A stretch of DNA of 64,000 nt. It comes from Candidatus Roizmanbacteria bacterium RIFCSPHIGHO2_12_FULL_37_23. GTDB lineage: Bacteria; Patescibacteriota; Microgenomatia; UBA1406; HO2-37-13b. Location of the stretch: NCBI GenBank assembly GCA_001788095.1, contig MFZX01000029.1:4620-68619 (forward strand), given 5' to 3'. This document shows, piece after piece, positions 1 to 9,803 of this stretch. The stretch's first letter is position 1, and each line of letters opens with the position of its first letter. The translations under genes and the position numbers were made by a program. Below the pieces are notes generated by a model that was not told where the DNA came from, did no database searches, and saw only the letters and a list, made by a program, of their open reading frames with translations.

Positions 1-1
1 G

Positions 2-1345
2 ATACCTTTTGCATACGATCTTAACGAAAGTGAAAAGAGAAAAGTAGAGAAGATGCAGATCAAAGGATTGGGATTTCAGGAGGATTCAAAACGATTCTAC
101 CCTGAAGCTTCAATAGCAGCTCAAGTTCTCGGTTTTGTAGGAAAAGATAAAGATGGTGATCGTTTAGGTTATTTCGGAATCGAGGGCTTCTACAACAAGG
201 ATTTAGAAGGTCTCCCTGGAATTCTTAAAACCGAAAGAGATCTCCTGGGGAGACCAATTGTCATTGGTACGCAAGATCGACTCAAGGGAGAGAATGGACG
301 AGATCTTGTTTTGACAATTGACAAAACTACACAAATGATTGCAAAAAGGAGATTAAAAGAAGGAATAGAAAGATTTAGGGCACAAAGTGGTTGCATTACG
401 ATAGCAGATCCTTATACAGGTGAGATTTTTGCGATGACATGTCTTCCGGACTTCGATCCAGTCGAATATTATAAGTTCTCAGAAGCCTATTTTAAAAATC
501 CTGTAATATCTGATGTGTTTGAACCTGGATCCATTTTTAAACCTCTCATTGTTGCAGCAGCGCTTGAAGAGGGTAAGATCGATGCAAGTGACACATATAA
601 TGAAAAAGGCCCAATAAAATCGGGGAAATATTATATTCGCACATGGAATGATGAATACCATGGTATTCTTACTATTTCTGAAATACTTCAAAAATCCTCA
701 AACGTAGGAATGGTTTTCATCGGTCATAAATTAGGTGATAAAAACATTCTTAAGTATTTAGAAAAATATGGTTTCGGGCAAGACACTCATATTGATCTTC
801 AAGGAGAAGCTCGAACACATGTTAAACCTAAGTCACAATGGTATCCTGTCGAATATTCTACTGTAACGTTTGGTCAGGGCATAGCAGTTACACAGATGCA
901 GATATTAACTGCATTTTCCGCGCTTATTAATGATGGATGGATTGTAAAACCGCACGTGGTAAAAGAAATGATATCTGAAAATGGAAATATTGAGAGGATT
1001 TCTCCTAAGAAGGTTCGTCGTATTTTAAGCACGAAAACCTCAAATATTATAAAAAAAATGTTATACGAAACTGTACTGTACGGTGAGGCAAAATGGCACA
1101 TACCTGAGGGTTATAAAATAGGCGGGAAAACAGGTACTGCTCAAATACCAGTTCAAGGAACATATGATCCATCTAAAACAAATGCATCGTTTATTGGGTT
1201 CGCACCATTGGATAAACCCAAATTTATAGTTTTAGTAACGCTGCATCAACCTGAAGCTTCACCGTGGGCATCAGAAACAGCTGCGCCACTTTTCTTCAGT
1301 CTCGCCAAGGATTTACTTGTTCAGTATAATATAGTACCGGACTAA
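2..1345 (+). CDS. ftsI: Penicillin-binding protein 2 / FtsI-type transpeptidase, 5' end cut by window edge
   Basis: Frame is open from nt 2, with no stop before the listed Met at 53. Transpeptidase motifs are present: SxxK (GSIFKP), SxN (KSSNVG) and KTG (GGKTGTA). It sits at the head of the mur/fts cluster. Confidence 0.85.
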   Translation: MPFAYDLNESEKRKVEKMQIKGLGFQEDSKRFYPEASIAAQVLGFVGKDKDGDRLGYFGIEGFYNKDLEGLPGILKTERDLLGRPIVIGTQDRLKGENGRDLVLTIDKTTQMIAKRRLKEGIERFRAQSGCITIADPYTGEIFAMTCLPDFDPVEYYKFSEAYFKNPVISDVFEPGSIFKPLIVAAALEEGKIDASDTYNEKGPIKSGKYYIRTWNDEYHGILTISEILQKSSNVGMVFIGHKLGDKNILKYLEKYGFGQDTHIDLQGEARTHVKPKSQWYPVEYSTVTFGQGIAVTQMQILTAFSALINDGWIVKPHVVKEMISENGNIERISPKKVRRILSTKTSNIIKKMLYETVLYGEAKWHIPEGYKIGGKTGTAQIPVQGTYDPSKTNASFIGFAPLDKPKFIVLVTLHQPEASPWASETAAPLFFSLAKDLLVQYNIVPD

Positions 1346-1366
1346 TCAGAAATTAGTCTAATTTTC

Positions 1367-2572
1367 ATGGTGTTTCAATTTCTCAAAAATACATTTCATA
1401 TTTTCGAATGCTTAGCAGCAGATATTTTCTATGGATTTCCAGGTAGGAAGTTGACGATAATTGGTGTCACAGGAACGGATGGAAAGACTACTACAGTACA
1501 TCTTATATATCATATTCTTAAGTCTGTAGGAAAACCAGTTTCAATGATTTCATCCATCTACGCAGACATTGGAGGTAAGATTGCCGAAACCGGTTTTCAT
1601 GTGACAACTCCAAGACCGTGGCAAGTTCGTAGATATCTTAAGAGTGCTCGTGAAGCAGGCTCAACACATTTTGTTTTAGAAACGACATCCCACGCCATAG
1701 AACAAAATAGGATATGGGGAATCAACTTTGCGACATCTGTAATCACAAATGTTTCGCATGAGCACCTTTACCATCATAAGTCATTAGAGAATTATATAAA
1801 GATAAAGACTAGCTTACTAATTCATTCTCGAGAAGCCCTCATTAATAAAGATACTCAATCTTTCGATAAAATAACGGAAATATTACAAAATCAAAAGAAA
1901 GATTATAAAACTTTTTCATTAAAAAATAGTGATGCTGATTTTACGTGGAATTCAAAAATCAAGACAAAGATTAAAGGTGACTTCAATAAAGAAAACATCC
2001 TTGCCGCTTATAGCATATGTCTAACACTGGGAATGACTCAAAGGGAAATTATGAACGCAATCACCTCGTTTGAGCTTCCAAAAGGTCGTCTTGAAAGAGT
2101 GTACGACAGAGATTTTAAAGTTATTATTGATTTTGCACATACTCCCCATGCTCTTGAGAGACTTTTAGAGACTGTAAGAAAGGAATTTATCAAAAAAAAC
2201 GGTCGTATTATTCATGTCTTTGGGGCAGCTAGTGAAAGAGATGATTCTAAGCGCCCAGAAATGGGAGAAGCAAGTGGGAAATATGCCGATATTATCATAT
2301 TGACAGAAGAAGACTATAGAAAGGAAAATATTATTACGATCTGTGATCAAATAGCACAAGGACTAAAAGGATATAAGTTTATTAAGGATAAGAATTACTT
2401 CGTAATTGCAGATAGATCGGATGCCATAGAAAAAGCAGTAATGATGGCGAAAAAAGGTGATGCTGTTGTTGTTACAGGAAAAAGTCACGAGAGGAGTCTC
2501 AATAGGGGAGGAAAAGAATATCCATGGGATGAATATAAAGCAGTTAGAAAAGCGTTGATTCTTAAGAAATGA
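1367..2572 (+). CDS. Mur ligase family protein, MurE-like (UDP-MurNAc-tripeptide synthetase-like), lacking the usual N-terminal domain
   Basis: P-loop GVTGTDGKTTT lies only about 35 aa from the start. MurE-like motifs: ETTSHAIEQNR, TNVSHEHLYHH, DFAHTPHALE, FGAASERDDSKRPEMG, TGKSHE. Length is 401 aa versus about 490 for typical MurE. Confidence 0.75.
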   Translation: MVFQFLKNTFHIFECLAADIFYGFPGRKLTIIGVTGTDGKTTTVHLIYHILKSVGKPVSMISSIYADIGGKIAETGFHVTTPRPWQVRRYLKSAREAGSTHFVLETTSHAIEQNRIWGINFATSVITNVSHEHLYHHKSLENYIKIKTSLLIHSREALINKDTQSFDKITEILQNQKKDYKTFSLKNSDADFTWNSKIKTKIKGDFNKENILAAYSICLTLGMTQREIMNAITSFELPKGRLERVYDRDFKVIIDFAHTPHALERLLETVRKEFIKKNGRIIHVFGAASERDDSKRPEMGEASGKYADIIILTEEDYRKENIITICDQIAQGLKGYKFIKDKNYFVIADRSDAIEKAVMMAKKGDAVVVTGKSHERSLNRGGKEYPWDEYKAVRKALILKK

Positions 2573-3345
2573 AGATTAAATTCATTACCCTAAACATTTT
2601 ACATGGTGGGGAATTGCTTGATTCTATCTTGGAGTTTTTGAATAAGGAAGATCCTGATATTATCGCTCTTCAAGAAGTCTGTGAAAGCAAAGATTTGAGC
2701 TTACCAAAAAATTTGAGAACTACGAGTGTTTTAACTGAATACTATAAAAATTACACTCTCAAATTTGCACCTGAACAACTCTGGATAAAAGAAGGTAACG
2801 TCGAGATTGGAAACGCAATATTATCAAAATTTCCTATTATTTCTCACAAAATCGAATTTTTTGATGTTAAATACGGTTATTATCCTGAATCACCTGAAAA
2901 GACTGATTTTTCAAAAGATCCACAAAACTTACAACACATAGAAATCGATATTCATGGGACTACGTTTAACATCATTAATGTTCATGGAATTTGGGGTTTC
3001 GATGGAGAAGATAATCCGCGAAGAGACGTTATGAGTAGTGTAATTACAAGAAGAATTAAAAATCTTTCTAATGTTATATTATCGGGCGATTTTAATACTC
3101 GACCGCATACTCATGCAATAAAAAACATTGAACATTACCTTAGAAACATATTTAAAGATGAACTAAAAACTACATTCAATGTCCCGCGACGGCTTAAAAA
3201 CATTCATAAACAGAATGAAACAGGTTACGCATCATCTGTTGTAGATATGATATTTATGAGCCCCCAATTAAAAATTGTTGACCATTACTGTCCTGCAGTA
3301 GATGTTTCTGATCATCTTCCTCTGGTTGCTATACTAGAGATATGA
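2569..3345 (+). CDS. Endonuclease/exonuclease/phosphatase (EEP) family protein, paralog 1
   Basis: N-terminal LNILHG...DIIALQEV and C-terminal SDHLPL are typical EEP catalytic motifs. The start overlaps the upstream stop (ATGA, 4 nt). Confidence 0.75.
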   Translation: MKIKFITLNILHGGELLDSILEFLNKEDPDIIALQEVCESKDLSLPKNLRTTSVLTEYYKNYTLKFAPEQLWIKEGNVEIGNAILSKFPIISHKIEFFDVKYGYYPESPEKTDFSKDPQNLQHIEIDIHGTTFNIINVHGIWGFDGEDNPRRDVMSSVITRRIKNLSNVILSGDFNTRPHTHAIKNIEHYLRNIFKDELKTTFNVPRRLKNIHKQNETGYASSVVDMIFMSPQLKIVDHYCPAVDVSDHLPLVAILEI

Positions 3346-4019
3346 TTATATTTGATCCTCGAAATAGGGTATATATATCGTCAAAATTACGAGACACGGG
3401 ATATACTTCAAGTTTTGGGACACGGTTAAGTAGAAATCCTCAAAATCATAGAATTGTCATGAAGCAGGTACATGGTGATAAAATCGTGAAAATTACAGCA
3501 CAGAATATAGATCGAGAAAAGTTTCAGAACACAGATGGAATGATAACTCGATTGAACGGTGTAACACTAATAGTCAAAACTGCAGACTGCGTTCCAATAA
3601 TTTTTGCTGATACCTTATCGAGTATCTTGGGTGTTTCGCATCAAGGATGGAGAGGAACACTACTGAATTTACCTCTGAAGATGGTTAATTTTTTGGCTAA
3701 AGAAGGGGTTCAGAAAGAGAATATTATTGTTGCAATTGGCCCGTCAATAAGCGCCTGCTGTTACAAAATATATGGAGATAGATTAGATCTATTTAGAAAG
3801 ACATTTCCTCGTTATGTAGACAGAATTTTTATAAAGAACAACAATGATATATTTCTAAACTTGGGATACCTTGCATATCTGCAACTCGTGGATGCAGGCA
3901 TACAAAAAAATAATATTGACTACTTTCCATTTTGTACAAGTTGTCACAAAGATCACTTTTATTCGTATAATAGAGATAAGTCTACAAAGCGGATGGAGAG
4001 TTGGATTGCTAAGTATTAG
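3342..4019 (+). CDS. pgeF: YfiH/PgeF family (DUF152, peptidoglycan editing factor / laccase-domain) protein
   Basis: Family motifs: QVHGDKIV, KTADCVPIIF, SHQGWRG and CCY in the C-terminal half. 4-nt overlap with the upstream gene. Confidence 0.8.
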   Translation: MIIFDPRNRVYISSKLRDTGYTSSFGTRLSRNPQNHRIVMKQVHGDKIVKITAQNIDREKFQNTDGMITRLNGVTLIVKTADCVPIIFADTLSSILGVSHQGWRGTLLNLPLKMVNFLAKEGVQKENIIVAIGPSISACCYKIYGDRLDLFRKTFPRYVDRIFIKNNNDIFLNLGYLAYLQLVDAGIQKNNIDYFPFCTSCHKDHFYSYNRDKSTKRMESWIAKY

Positions 4020-4047
4020 GTATTAAGTATTAAGTATTATGTATTAA
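4013..4047 (+). repeat. Heptamer tandem repeat array (GTATTAN)x5
   Basis: GTATTAG GTATTAA GTATTAA GTATTAT GTATTAA. The first unit contains the pgeF stop codon. The array ends 3 nt before the murC ATG. Confidence 0.9.
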
Positions 4048-4050
4048 TCT

Positions 4051-5463
4051 ATGCAAAATATTTATCTTGTCGGCATAAAAGGTGTTGGGATGACAGCTCT
4101 TGCTACATACTTAAAAGAGTGTGGAAATAATGTATGGGGCTCGGACATTCAAGATAAATTTCCTACAGATGAAGTTTTGCACGAGCAGCATATTAAAGTT
4201 CTCAAAGGGTTTTCGCCAAAAAATATTACTAATAATATTGACTTAGTTGTTACTACAGGAGCTCACGGAGGTCTTACAAATATAGAAGTCTTAACAGCAC
4301 AAGAGAAAGGTGTAAAAGTCATGACACTAGCAGAAGAAGTTGGACAACTGATGGATGGGTATGAAACAAAAATTACCATATGTGGTTCTCATGGAAAAAC
4401 AACAACAACGTCACTTATTTCTTTCATATTGAGGCAACTTAGATTGTCATCGAGCCACCTTGTCGGAACATCTAAATTTTCTGGTTATTATGGGGGATCT
4501 TTTGGAGGATCTGATTATTTGGTTGTTGAAGGAGACGAGTATGTTTCATCTCTAGGAACTGATAGTACTCCCCGCTTCATGTACCAGAGTCCTGATTATA
4601 TTATTTGTACGAATATCGATTTTGATCACCCTGATGTATATAAAGATATCAATGCAGTAAAAAAGGTTTTTGTTGATTTTTTTAAAAAGTTAAAAAAGAA
4701 TCCTAAGGGGAGATTGATTTACTGCATAGATGATGTCGCATTGCGTAGGCTTGCAGAAGTTCTTCCTGAGGAAAAACGGATGTCATACGGTTTTTCTGAA
4801 GATGCCGACCTCGTATTGCACTTCATGCATACAGAGGAATTTCAAAGAGCAGTTTTTAGTGCGCGATTACATGGTGAACATCTTGGTGTTTTTAAATTAC
4901 CATTCTTGGGTCATCACAATGTTCAAAACGCAGGTTCTGCCATTGCGCTATCTATCTTACTATCGCTTGATCTCACAAAAGTGAAGTCTGCAATCGCTTT
5001 GTTTAAAGGACTATCGCGACGACTAGAGTTAATCTATAAAAAGAACAATATATATCTCTTCGACGATTATGCACATCATCCAAGAGAGATTAGAGCATTG
5101 CTTGAAGCTGTTCGAGAAAAGTTTCCGAGATCTCGAAGGATTTTAGTTTTCCAGCCCCATACATACACTCGAACAAAGATGCTTCTCAATGATTTTGTAC
5201 ATGCGCTAGGAGATGCTGATAAATCATATGTTATTGATATTTTTGCATCTGCTCGAGAAAAGACTGATGGGAAAATTACATCAAAAGATTTAGAAGTAAA
5301 AGCAAACCAGATGCATATTAAAACCATCTCGTATGTATCGGATAAAAAAATAATGAGCGAACTCGCAAAAGAGCTTAAAAGAGGTGATGTTGTTATTACA
5401 GCAGGCGCAGGTGATGTGTATAAATTACATGAAGGAATAATAAGCGTCATGAATAAGTCATAA
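4051..5463 (+). CDS. murC: UDP-N-acetylmuramate--L-alanine ligase
   Basis: N-terminal GIKGVGMTALA Rossmann motif typical of MurC. P-loop GSHGKTTTT. DDYAHHPREI. Confidence 0.9.
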   Translation: MQNIYLVGIKGVGMTALATYLKECGNNVWGSDIQDKFPTDEVLHEQHIKVLKGFSPKNITNNIDLVVTTGAHGGLTNIEVLTAQEKGVKVMTLAEEVGQLMDGYETKITICGSHGKTTTTSLISFILRQLRLSSSHLVGTSKFSGYYGGSFGGSDYLVVEGDEYVSSLGTDSTPRFMYQSPDYIICTNIDFDHPDVYKDINAVKKVFVDFFKKLKKNPKGRLIYCIDDVALRRLAEVLPEEKRMSYGFSEDADLVLHFMHTEEFQRAVFSARLHGEHLGVFKLPFLGHHNVQNAGSAIALSILLSLDLTKVKSAIALFKGLSRRLELIYKKNNIYLFDDYAHHPREIRALLEAVREKFPRSRRILVFQPHTYTRTKMLLNDFVHALGDADKSYVIDIFASAREKTDGKITSKDLEVKANQMHIKTISYVSDKKIMSELAKELKRGDVVITAGAGDVYKLHEGIISVMNKS

Positions 5464-5469
5464 ATTAAT

Positions 5470-6399
5470 ATGGGGATTTTAGAACAGCTTGAAGCAAAAC
5501 TGGGAAAAGGAAGAGTGCGACAAAATATCAGTTTAGCTCCTTATACTACGTTCAAGGTTGGGGGACCAGTTGAATTCTATTTCGAAGCAAAAACCGATGA
5601 AGATATTATTAATGCTATACAAACTGCATCCAATCTAAACATTCCTTTTTTTGTTTTTGGTGGTGTTTCTAATGTCGTCGTTTCAGACAAAGGAATGAAA
5701 GGATTAGTTATTAAGAATCAGGTCATGTACAAAGAGATTGCTGAAGATAGAAGTGGTCATGTTATTCTTAAAGTATCTTCAGGATACTCTATGACTCGAT
5801 TAGCAAAAGAAACGGCAGATGAAGGGTGGTCAGGGCTTGAATATCACGTCGGTCTTCCTGGAACTCTCGGTGGGGCTTTATACATGAATTCTAAGTGGTA
5901 TATAAATCCAGGAAAGAATAGACAGGAGGTTTATGTTGGTGACCCGCTTGTGAGAGCAGGTTTAGTGACTCGAGATGGAGTATTTAAAAGTGTTCCAAAG
6001 TCATATTTTAATTTTGCATATGATTATAGTATTTTGCATGAAACAAAGGAGATTGTATTATGGGCTGAGTTCAAATTAGCTAAGATTTCTCCCGAAGAGA
6101 CAAAATTGCATGCGCAAACCTCAATGGATTACCGAAAACAAACTCAACCAATGGGAATAGCATCATCTGGTTGTTATTTTAAAAACGTAAAAGGTGAATC
6201 GGTTGGTAAAATGATAGATGAACTTGGTTTAAAAGGATATTCGATTGGTGGAGCACAGATATCTGAAAAACATGCAAATTTTATCGTTAATACAGGAAAT
6301 GCAACAAGCGAAGATGTTAAAAATTTGGTTACTTTTATAAAAAAGAGAGTAAAAGAGAAGTATGGAATAGACCTCGAAGAGGAAGTATTGACAATCTAG
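5470..6399 (+). CDS. murB: UDP-N-acetylenolpyruvoylglucosamine reductase
   Basis: FAD-binding N-terminus: LAPYTTFKVGGPVEFY, GGVSNVV. C-terminal SGCYFKN, GGAQISEKHANFIVN. Confidence 0.9.
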   Translation: MGILEQLEAKLGKGRVRQNISLAPYTTFKVGGPVEFYFEAKTDEDIINAIQTASNLNIPFFVFGGVSNVVVSDKGMKGLVIKNQVMYKEIAEDRSGHVILKVSSGYSMTRLAKETADEGWSGLEYHVGLPGTLGGALYMNSKWYINPGKNRQEVYVGDPLVRAGLVTRDGVFKSVPKSYFNFAYDYSILHETKEIVLWAEFKLAKISPEETKLHAQTSMDYRKQTQPMGIASSGCYFKNVKGESVGKMIDELGLKGYSIGGAQISEKHANFIVNTGNATSEDVKNLVTFIKKRVKEKYGIDLEEEVLTI

Positions 6400-6428
6400 T
6401 AGTTGCTCGAGGTTTTGATATTACGTAT

Positions 6429-7778
6429 ATGGATAATAGTGAGGATTCATTTATCGTCAGAGGAGGGAAGCCGTTGAAGGGACAAATACAGCTTTCAGGA
6501 GCTAAGAATGTTGCATTGAAAGTACTTATTGCAGCATTGCTTTTTGATAGTCCCATCACCTTCAAAAATATTCCTCGCATCAGAGACATCAATGAATTAC
6601 TCCATCTTATAAACAAACTTGGAGCACAAGCCGATTTTACTGATTCGAATACCGTGGTGGTTGATAGTCATGGACTCTCTTCAGATACTATTGATCTTTT
6701 GCATGCGGCAAAAATTAGAGCTTCTTTTATGTTTTTTGCTCCCCTACTATACCGTTTTGGTAAAGCTTTTATTCCTAATCCTGGAGGATGCAGGCTCGGA
6801 GCTCGGCCCATAGATAGGCATATTAGTATGCTTCAAGCGTTTGGAGTAAAGGTAACATATAATTCTGAAACGGGCTTTTATGAATCACAACTCAATGGTA
6901 ATTCTATCAGAGGCACAACATTTACGTTTGACAAACCAACACACACAGGAACAGAATTGGCTATAATGCTTGCATCCCGCGCAGATGGCGAATCTGTGAT
7001 TAAGAATGCTGCTCAAGAACCAGAAATCGATGATCTTATTAACTTGCTCAATCAGGCTGGAGCACACATAAAAAGAGAAAACGGCTCGGTTTTAATAAAA
7101 GGAACACCAATTCTGCATTATAAAAATGATTCCTTCACCATTATGGTGGATAGAAATGAAGCTCCTACTTTTGCATCATTTGGAATAACAACAAGAGGTG
7201 ATATCATGATTTACGGTATAAAAGAAAGTGACATTGAGTATTTTGCAACTGAGATAAAAAATATTGGCGCAGGTGTAGAAGTTTTACCTGAAGGTATACG
7301 ATTTTACTATAAAGGTGAGTTAAAAAGTAGTAGTATTACGACAGGACCGCATCCAGGATTTATGACCGATTGGCAGGGTCCATGGGCTGTGATGATGACA
7401 CAGGCACATGGTGTTTCTACAATCCATGAAACGATATTTGAAGATCGGTTTGGATATGTCTCCGAACTCCAAAAACTCGGTGCTGACATAGAATTTTATC
7501 AGCCAGAATTAGATAATCCAAGGAAAATTTACCAATTTAATATTGAGAATGATGATAATTTGAAGTCGCTACAACAAGCTATTCGTATAAAAGGACCAAC
7601 TCAATTGCATAATGGAGTTATGGATGTTAAAGATCTCCGCGCTGGAGCGACAATACTTATCGCTGCCTGTAGCGCAGAAGGTGAATCTGTCATAAATGGA
7701 GCATCAATTATAGATAGGGGCTATGAAGACATAGAGAGAAAGTTACAGAGTTTAGGGGCAGCTATTAAACGCGTGTGA
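6429..7778 (+). CDS. murA: UDP-N-acetylglucosamine 1-carboxyvinyltransferase
   Basis: GAKNVALKVLIAALL. The catalytic Cys loop is PGGCRLGARPID. Length 449 aa. Confidence 0.9.
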   Translation: MDNSEDSFIVRGGKPLKGQIQLSGAKNVALKVLIAALLFDSPITFKNIPRIRDINELLHLINKLGAQADFTDSNTVVVDSHGLSSDTIDLLHAAKIRASFMFFAPLLYRFGKAFIPNPGGCRLGARPIDRHISMLQAFGVKVTYNSETGFYESQLNGNSIRGTTFTFDKPTHTGTELAIMLASRADGESVIKNAAQEPEIDDLINLLNQAGAHIKRENGSVLIKGTPILHYKNDSFTIMVDRNEAPTFASFGITTRGDIMIYGIKESDIEYFATEIKNIGAGVEVLPEGIRFYYKGELKSSSITTGPHPGFMTDWQGPWAVMMTQAHGVSTIHETIFEDRFGYVSELQKLGADIEFYQPELDNPRKIYQFNIENDDNLKSLQQAIRIKGPTQLHNGVMDVKDLRAGATILIAACSAEGESVINGASIIDRGYEDIERKLQSLGAAIKRV

Positions 7779-8479
7779 ATATTTCCGTTGTATCTTGGAA
7801 TATTTTAAAAGGAGAGCGATATGATGAAATTCTTCAGGGACTTAAGGAACTCAACGCCGATGTCTTTGGACTTCAGGAGGTTGCTGTTTGGAAAGATAAT
7901 AGAGGAAACGTCGGAGAAAAATTAGCACAGGAACTTGGATACCATCTTTATTTTTGTCCTGCATTGCCATCTCAACAGTCGGGAAGACCATACGATCTGG
8001 GAAACGCAATTCTTTCACGTTTTGAATGTAAAAACCAAGTATGTCATCAATTGAGTCCTGCTGATTTATATGGTGATGATTGGACTACAGAGCCGAGAAA
8101 TGCAGTTGAAGTAGGGATGAATAGTAATGAAACAGATGTTCGTGTCATAAATACACATGTTTATTATCCCCGATATGGAGGGAAGTCTGAAATTAGCGAA
8201 ATGCACTTTCGCAATCTCGATGCTTTACTCTCGTACGAGAAAACTATTCTTGTTGGAGACTTTAACGCTACAATGAGTACAGAACCGATAAAAAAAATTA
8301 ACAAGATACTACCTAATGTTGACAGAGAAAACGAAGATTTTACCTTTATAGATAGGGAGCAGCAAAAAATGAAAATTGACCATATTTTTGTAAGTAAAGA
8401 TATAATAGTAAAAAGTTTTGAAGTTGTTGAGACCAAAGGATCAGATCACCTACCTATTAAAGTTGTGATTAAAGTATAA
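7775..8479 (+). CDS. Endonuclease/exonuclease/phosphatase (EEP) family protein, paralog 2
   Basis: WNILKG...DVFGLQEV and GSDHLPI motifs. Same architecture as the 2569-3345 protein. 4-nt overlap with the murA stop. Confidence 0.75.
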   Translation: MNISVVSWNILKGERYDEILQGLKELNADVFGLQEVAVWKDNRGNVGEKLAQELGYHLYFCPALPSQQSGRPYDLGNAILSRFECKNQVCHQLSPADLYGDDWTTEPRNAVEVGMNSNETDVRVINTHVYYPRYGGKSEISEMHFRNLDALLSYEKTILVGDFNATMSTEPIKKINKILPNVDRENEDFTFIDREQQKMKIDHIFVSKDIIVKSFEVVETKGSDHLPIKVVIKV

Positions 8480-8528
8480 ATTTTATAGGATTTATTGAAA
8501 ATCCCAAGGTTGCGAACCTAAACAACCT

Positions 8529-9779
8529 CTAAGGTTGAATTTTCGGTTTTAATTTTCCTGAGTGTGGAAGGCTAGTATACACTGTCATTGCAGGCCAGAT
8601 AGTTGATTTTTCACCTACGAGTATTCCAGGCATTGTTGAAACACGTACTCCAAATGACGTTTGTTTCCCGCATATAACTCCTAATGCATGTTCGGTTGTA
8701 TTTATCTCTGATTTATCCATATAGCTTAAAATGGGTTTTCTATCCATTCGTTTATTCGCTGTAATAAATCCTGCTCCGAGACGAGAAAAAGATCCAATTA
8801 CTGAATCACCAATAAAACCATCACCATGAAAATGAACGTCCTCCATAATAATAGAGCGTGCAATATCTGCATGAATTCCAATCTGAGCATTTTTTCCTAT
8901 ATCACTATCACGGATTACAGAATGGTCTCCGATATACACATTTCTACCAATATATGTATGACCTTTTATATGAGCACCGTCTAAGATAATCGCACCATCA
9001 TCTATATAGGCCGTATCTTCAATAATTGCCGTTTTTGCAATACTTGCATTAGGGCTAATGTATCCTATTTTTGTAAGTGCAAGATGTGTGAAGAGTTCTA
9101 AAAGATGCCATGGGTATTTTAAAGTAGGAATATACTGCTCCTTTTCTATTTTATGCATAAGGACTTTTTTATCATGAGCATAATCTGAAATAGCTTCTTC
9201 ATATGCATACTGATGGGATGTGCGGTTTTTGAGAGAGTGGATGAAGTCAGGTTTGAAAAGAAATGCTGACGTTGAGCGATAATGTGATGGTTCAGTGCCG
9301 GCTCGAGGTTTTTCAATAATACTCTTAATTCTTTCGCCGTCAAGATCAAGAGCTCCATATTCGTGAATACCTTCCTCATATTTCGCAGGGATGAGCCCAT
9401 CGAGGTCTTCAGTATTAAAGCGATCAATTAATGTTTTAAAAAGATTTTTTTCAAGAATATGATATGCATTAGGAATAATAAAAGACTCGTTGATAAGATC
9501 TGCAGCACATAATAGAGCATTTCCTTGTCCTTTAGGACTATCCTGATAGGCATATTGAATGGTGACACCGAGGTCCTCGCCTTTTTGTAAGTGCGTAGTA
9601 ATTACCTTATCACCCTTAGGAACAACGATTACAAACTGATGAATTCCACATTCGCGAAGGTCCTCAATAACATATTCAATTAAGGGCCTTCCATAAAGAC
9701 GAGTCATCGCTTTATGTCCCAGTGTTTCCAGAGGGAAAAACCTTTTATTTGCACCTGCCACAAGAAGTACCGCTTGCAT
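8529..9779 (-). CDS. Sugar-phosphate nucleotidyltransferase with C-terminal left-handed beta-helix (GlmU-like/bifunctional)
   Basis: N-terminal LLVAGANKRF...GRPLIEYVIEDL nucleotidyltransferase fold. The C-terminal half has hexapeptide-like repeats (IGRNVYIGDHSVIRDSDIGKNAQIG). Confidence 0.6.
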   Translation of the reverse strand: MQAVLLVAGANKRFFPLETLGHKAMTRLYGRPLIEYVIEDLRECGIHQFVIVVPKGDKVITTHLQKGEDLGVTIQYAYQDSPKGQGNALLCAADLINESFIIPNAYHILEKNLFKTLIDRFNTEDLDGLIPAKYEEGIHEYGALDLDGERIKSIIEKPRAGTEPSHYRSTSAFLFKPDFIHSLKNRTSHQYAYEEAISDYAHDKKVLMHKIEKEQYIPTLKYPWHLLELFTHLALTKIGYISPNASIAKTAIIEDTAYIDDGAIILDGAHIKGHTYIGRNVYIGDHSVIRDSDIGKNAQIGIHADIARSIIMEDVHFHGDGFIGDSVIGSFSRLGAGFITANKRMDRKPILSYMDKSEINTTEHALGVICGKQTSFGVRVSTMPGILVGEKSTIWPAMTVYTSLPHSGKLKPKIQP

Positions 9780-9803
9780 AATGTTATTATATAATAAGCA
9801 ATT

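Noticed and set aside
190-396. Short antisense or alternate-frame ORFs listed throughout the track inside well-supported genes. Examples: 190-396, 479-691, 874-1101, 2165-2359, 4730-4984, 5076-5450, 6335-6616, 12873-13238, 17233-17595, 20755-21087, 22098-22957, 47349-48004 and 52886-53233.
   Set aside because: They lie entirely within, and usually antisense to, long ORFs with clear family motifs. Their low-complexity, Cys/Phe/Ile-rich translations are typical of shadow ORFs in AT-rich DNA.
8480-8528. Possible bidirectional terminator between the convergent EEP gene and the nucleotidyltransferase gene (AGGTTG...CAACCT).
   Set aside because: The stem is only 6 bp, has a 10-nt loop and has no flanking U-run. 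That is too weak to call.
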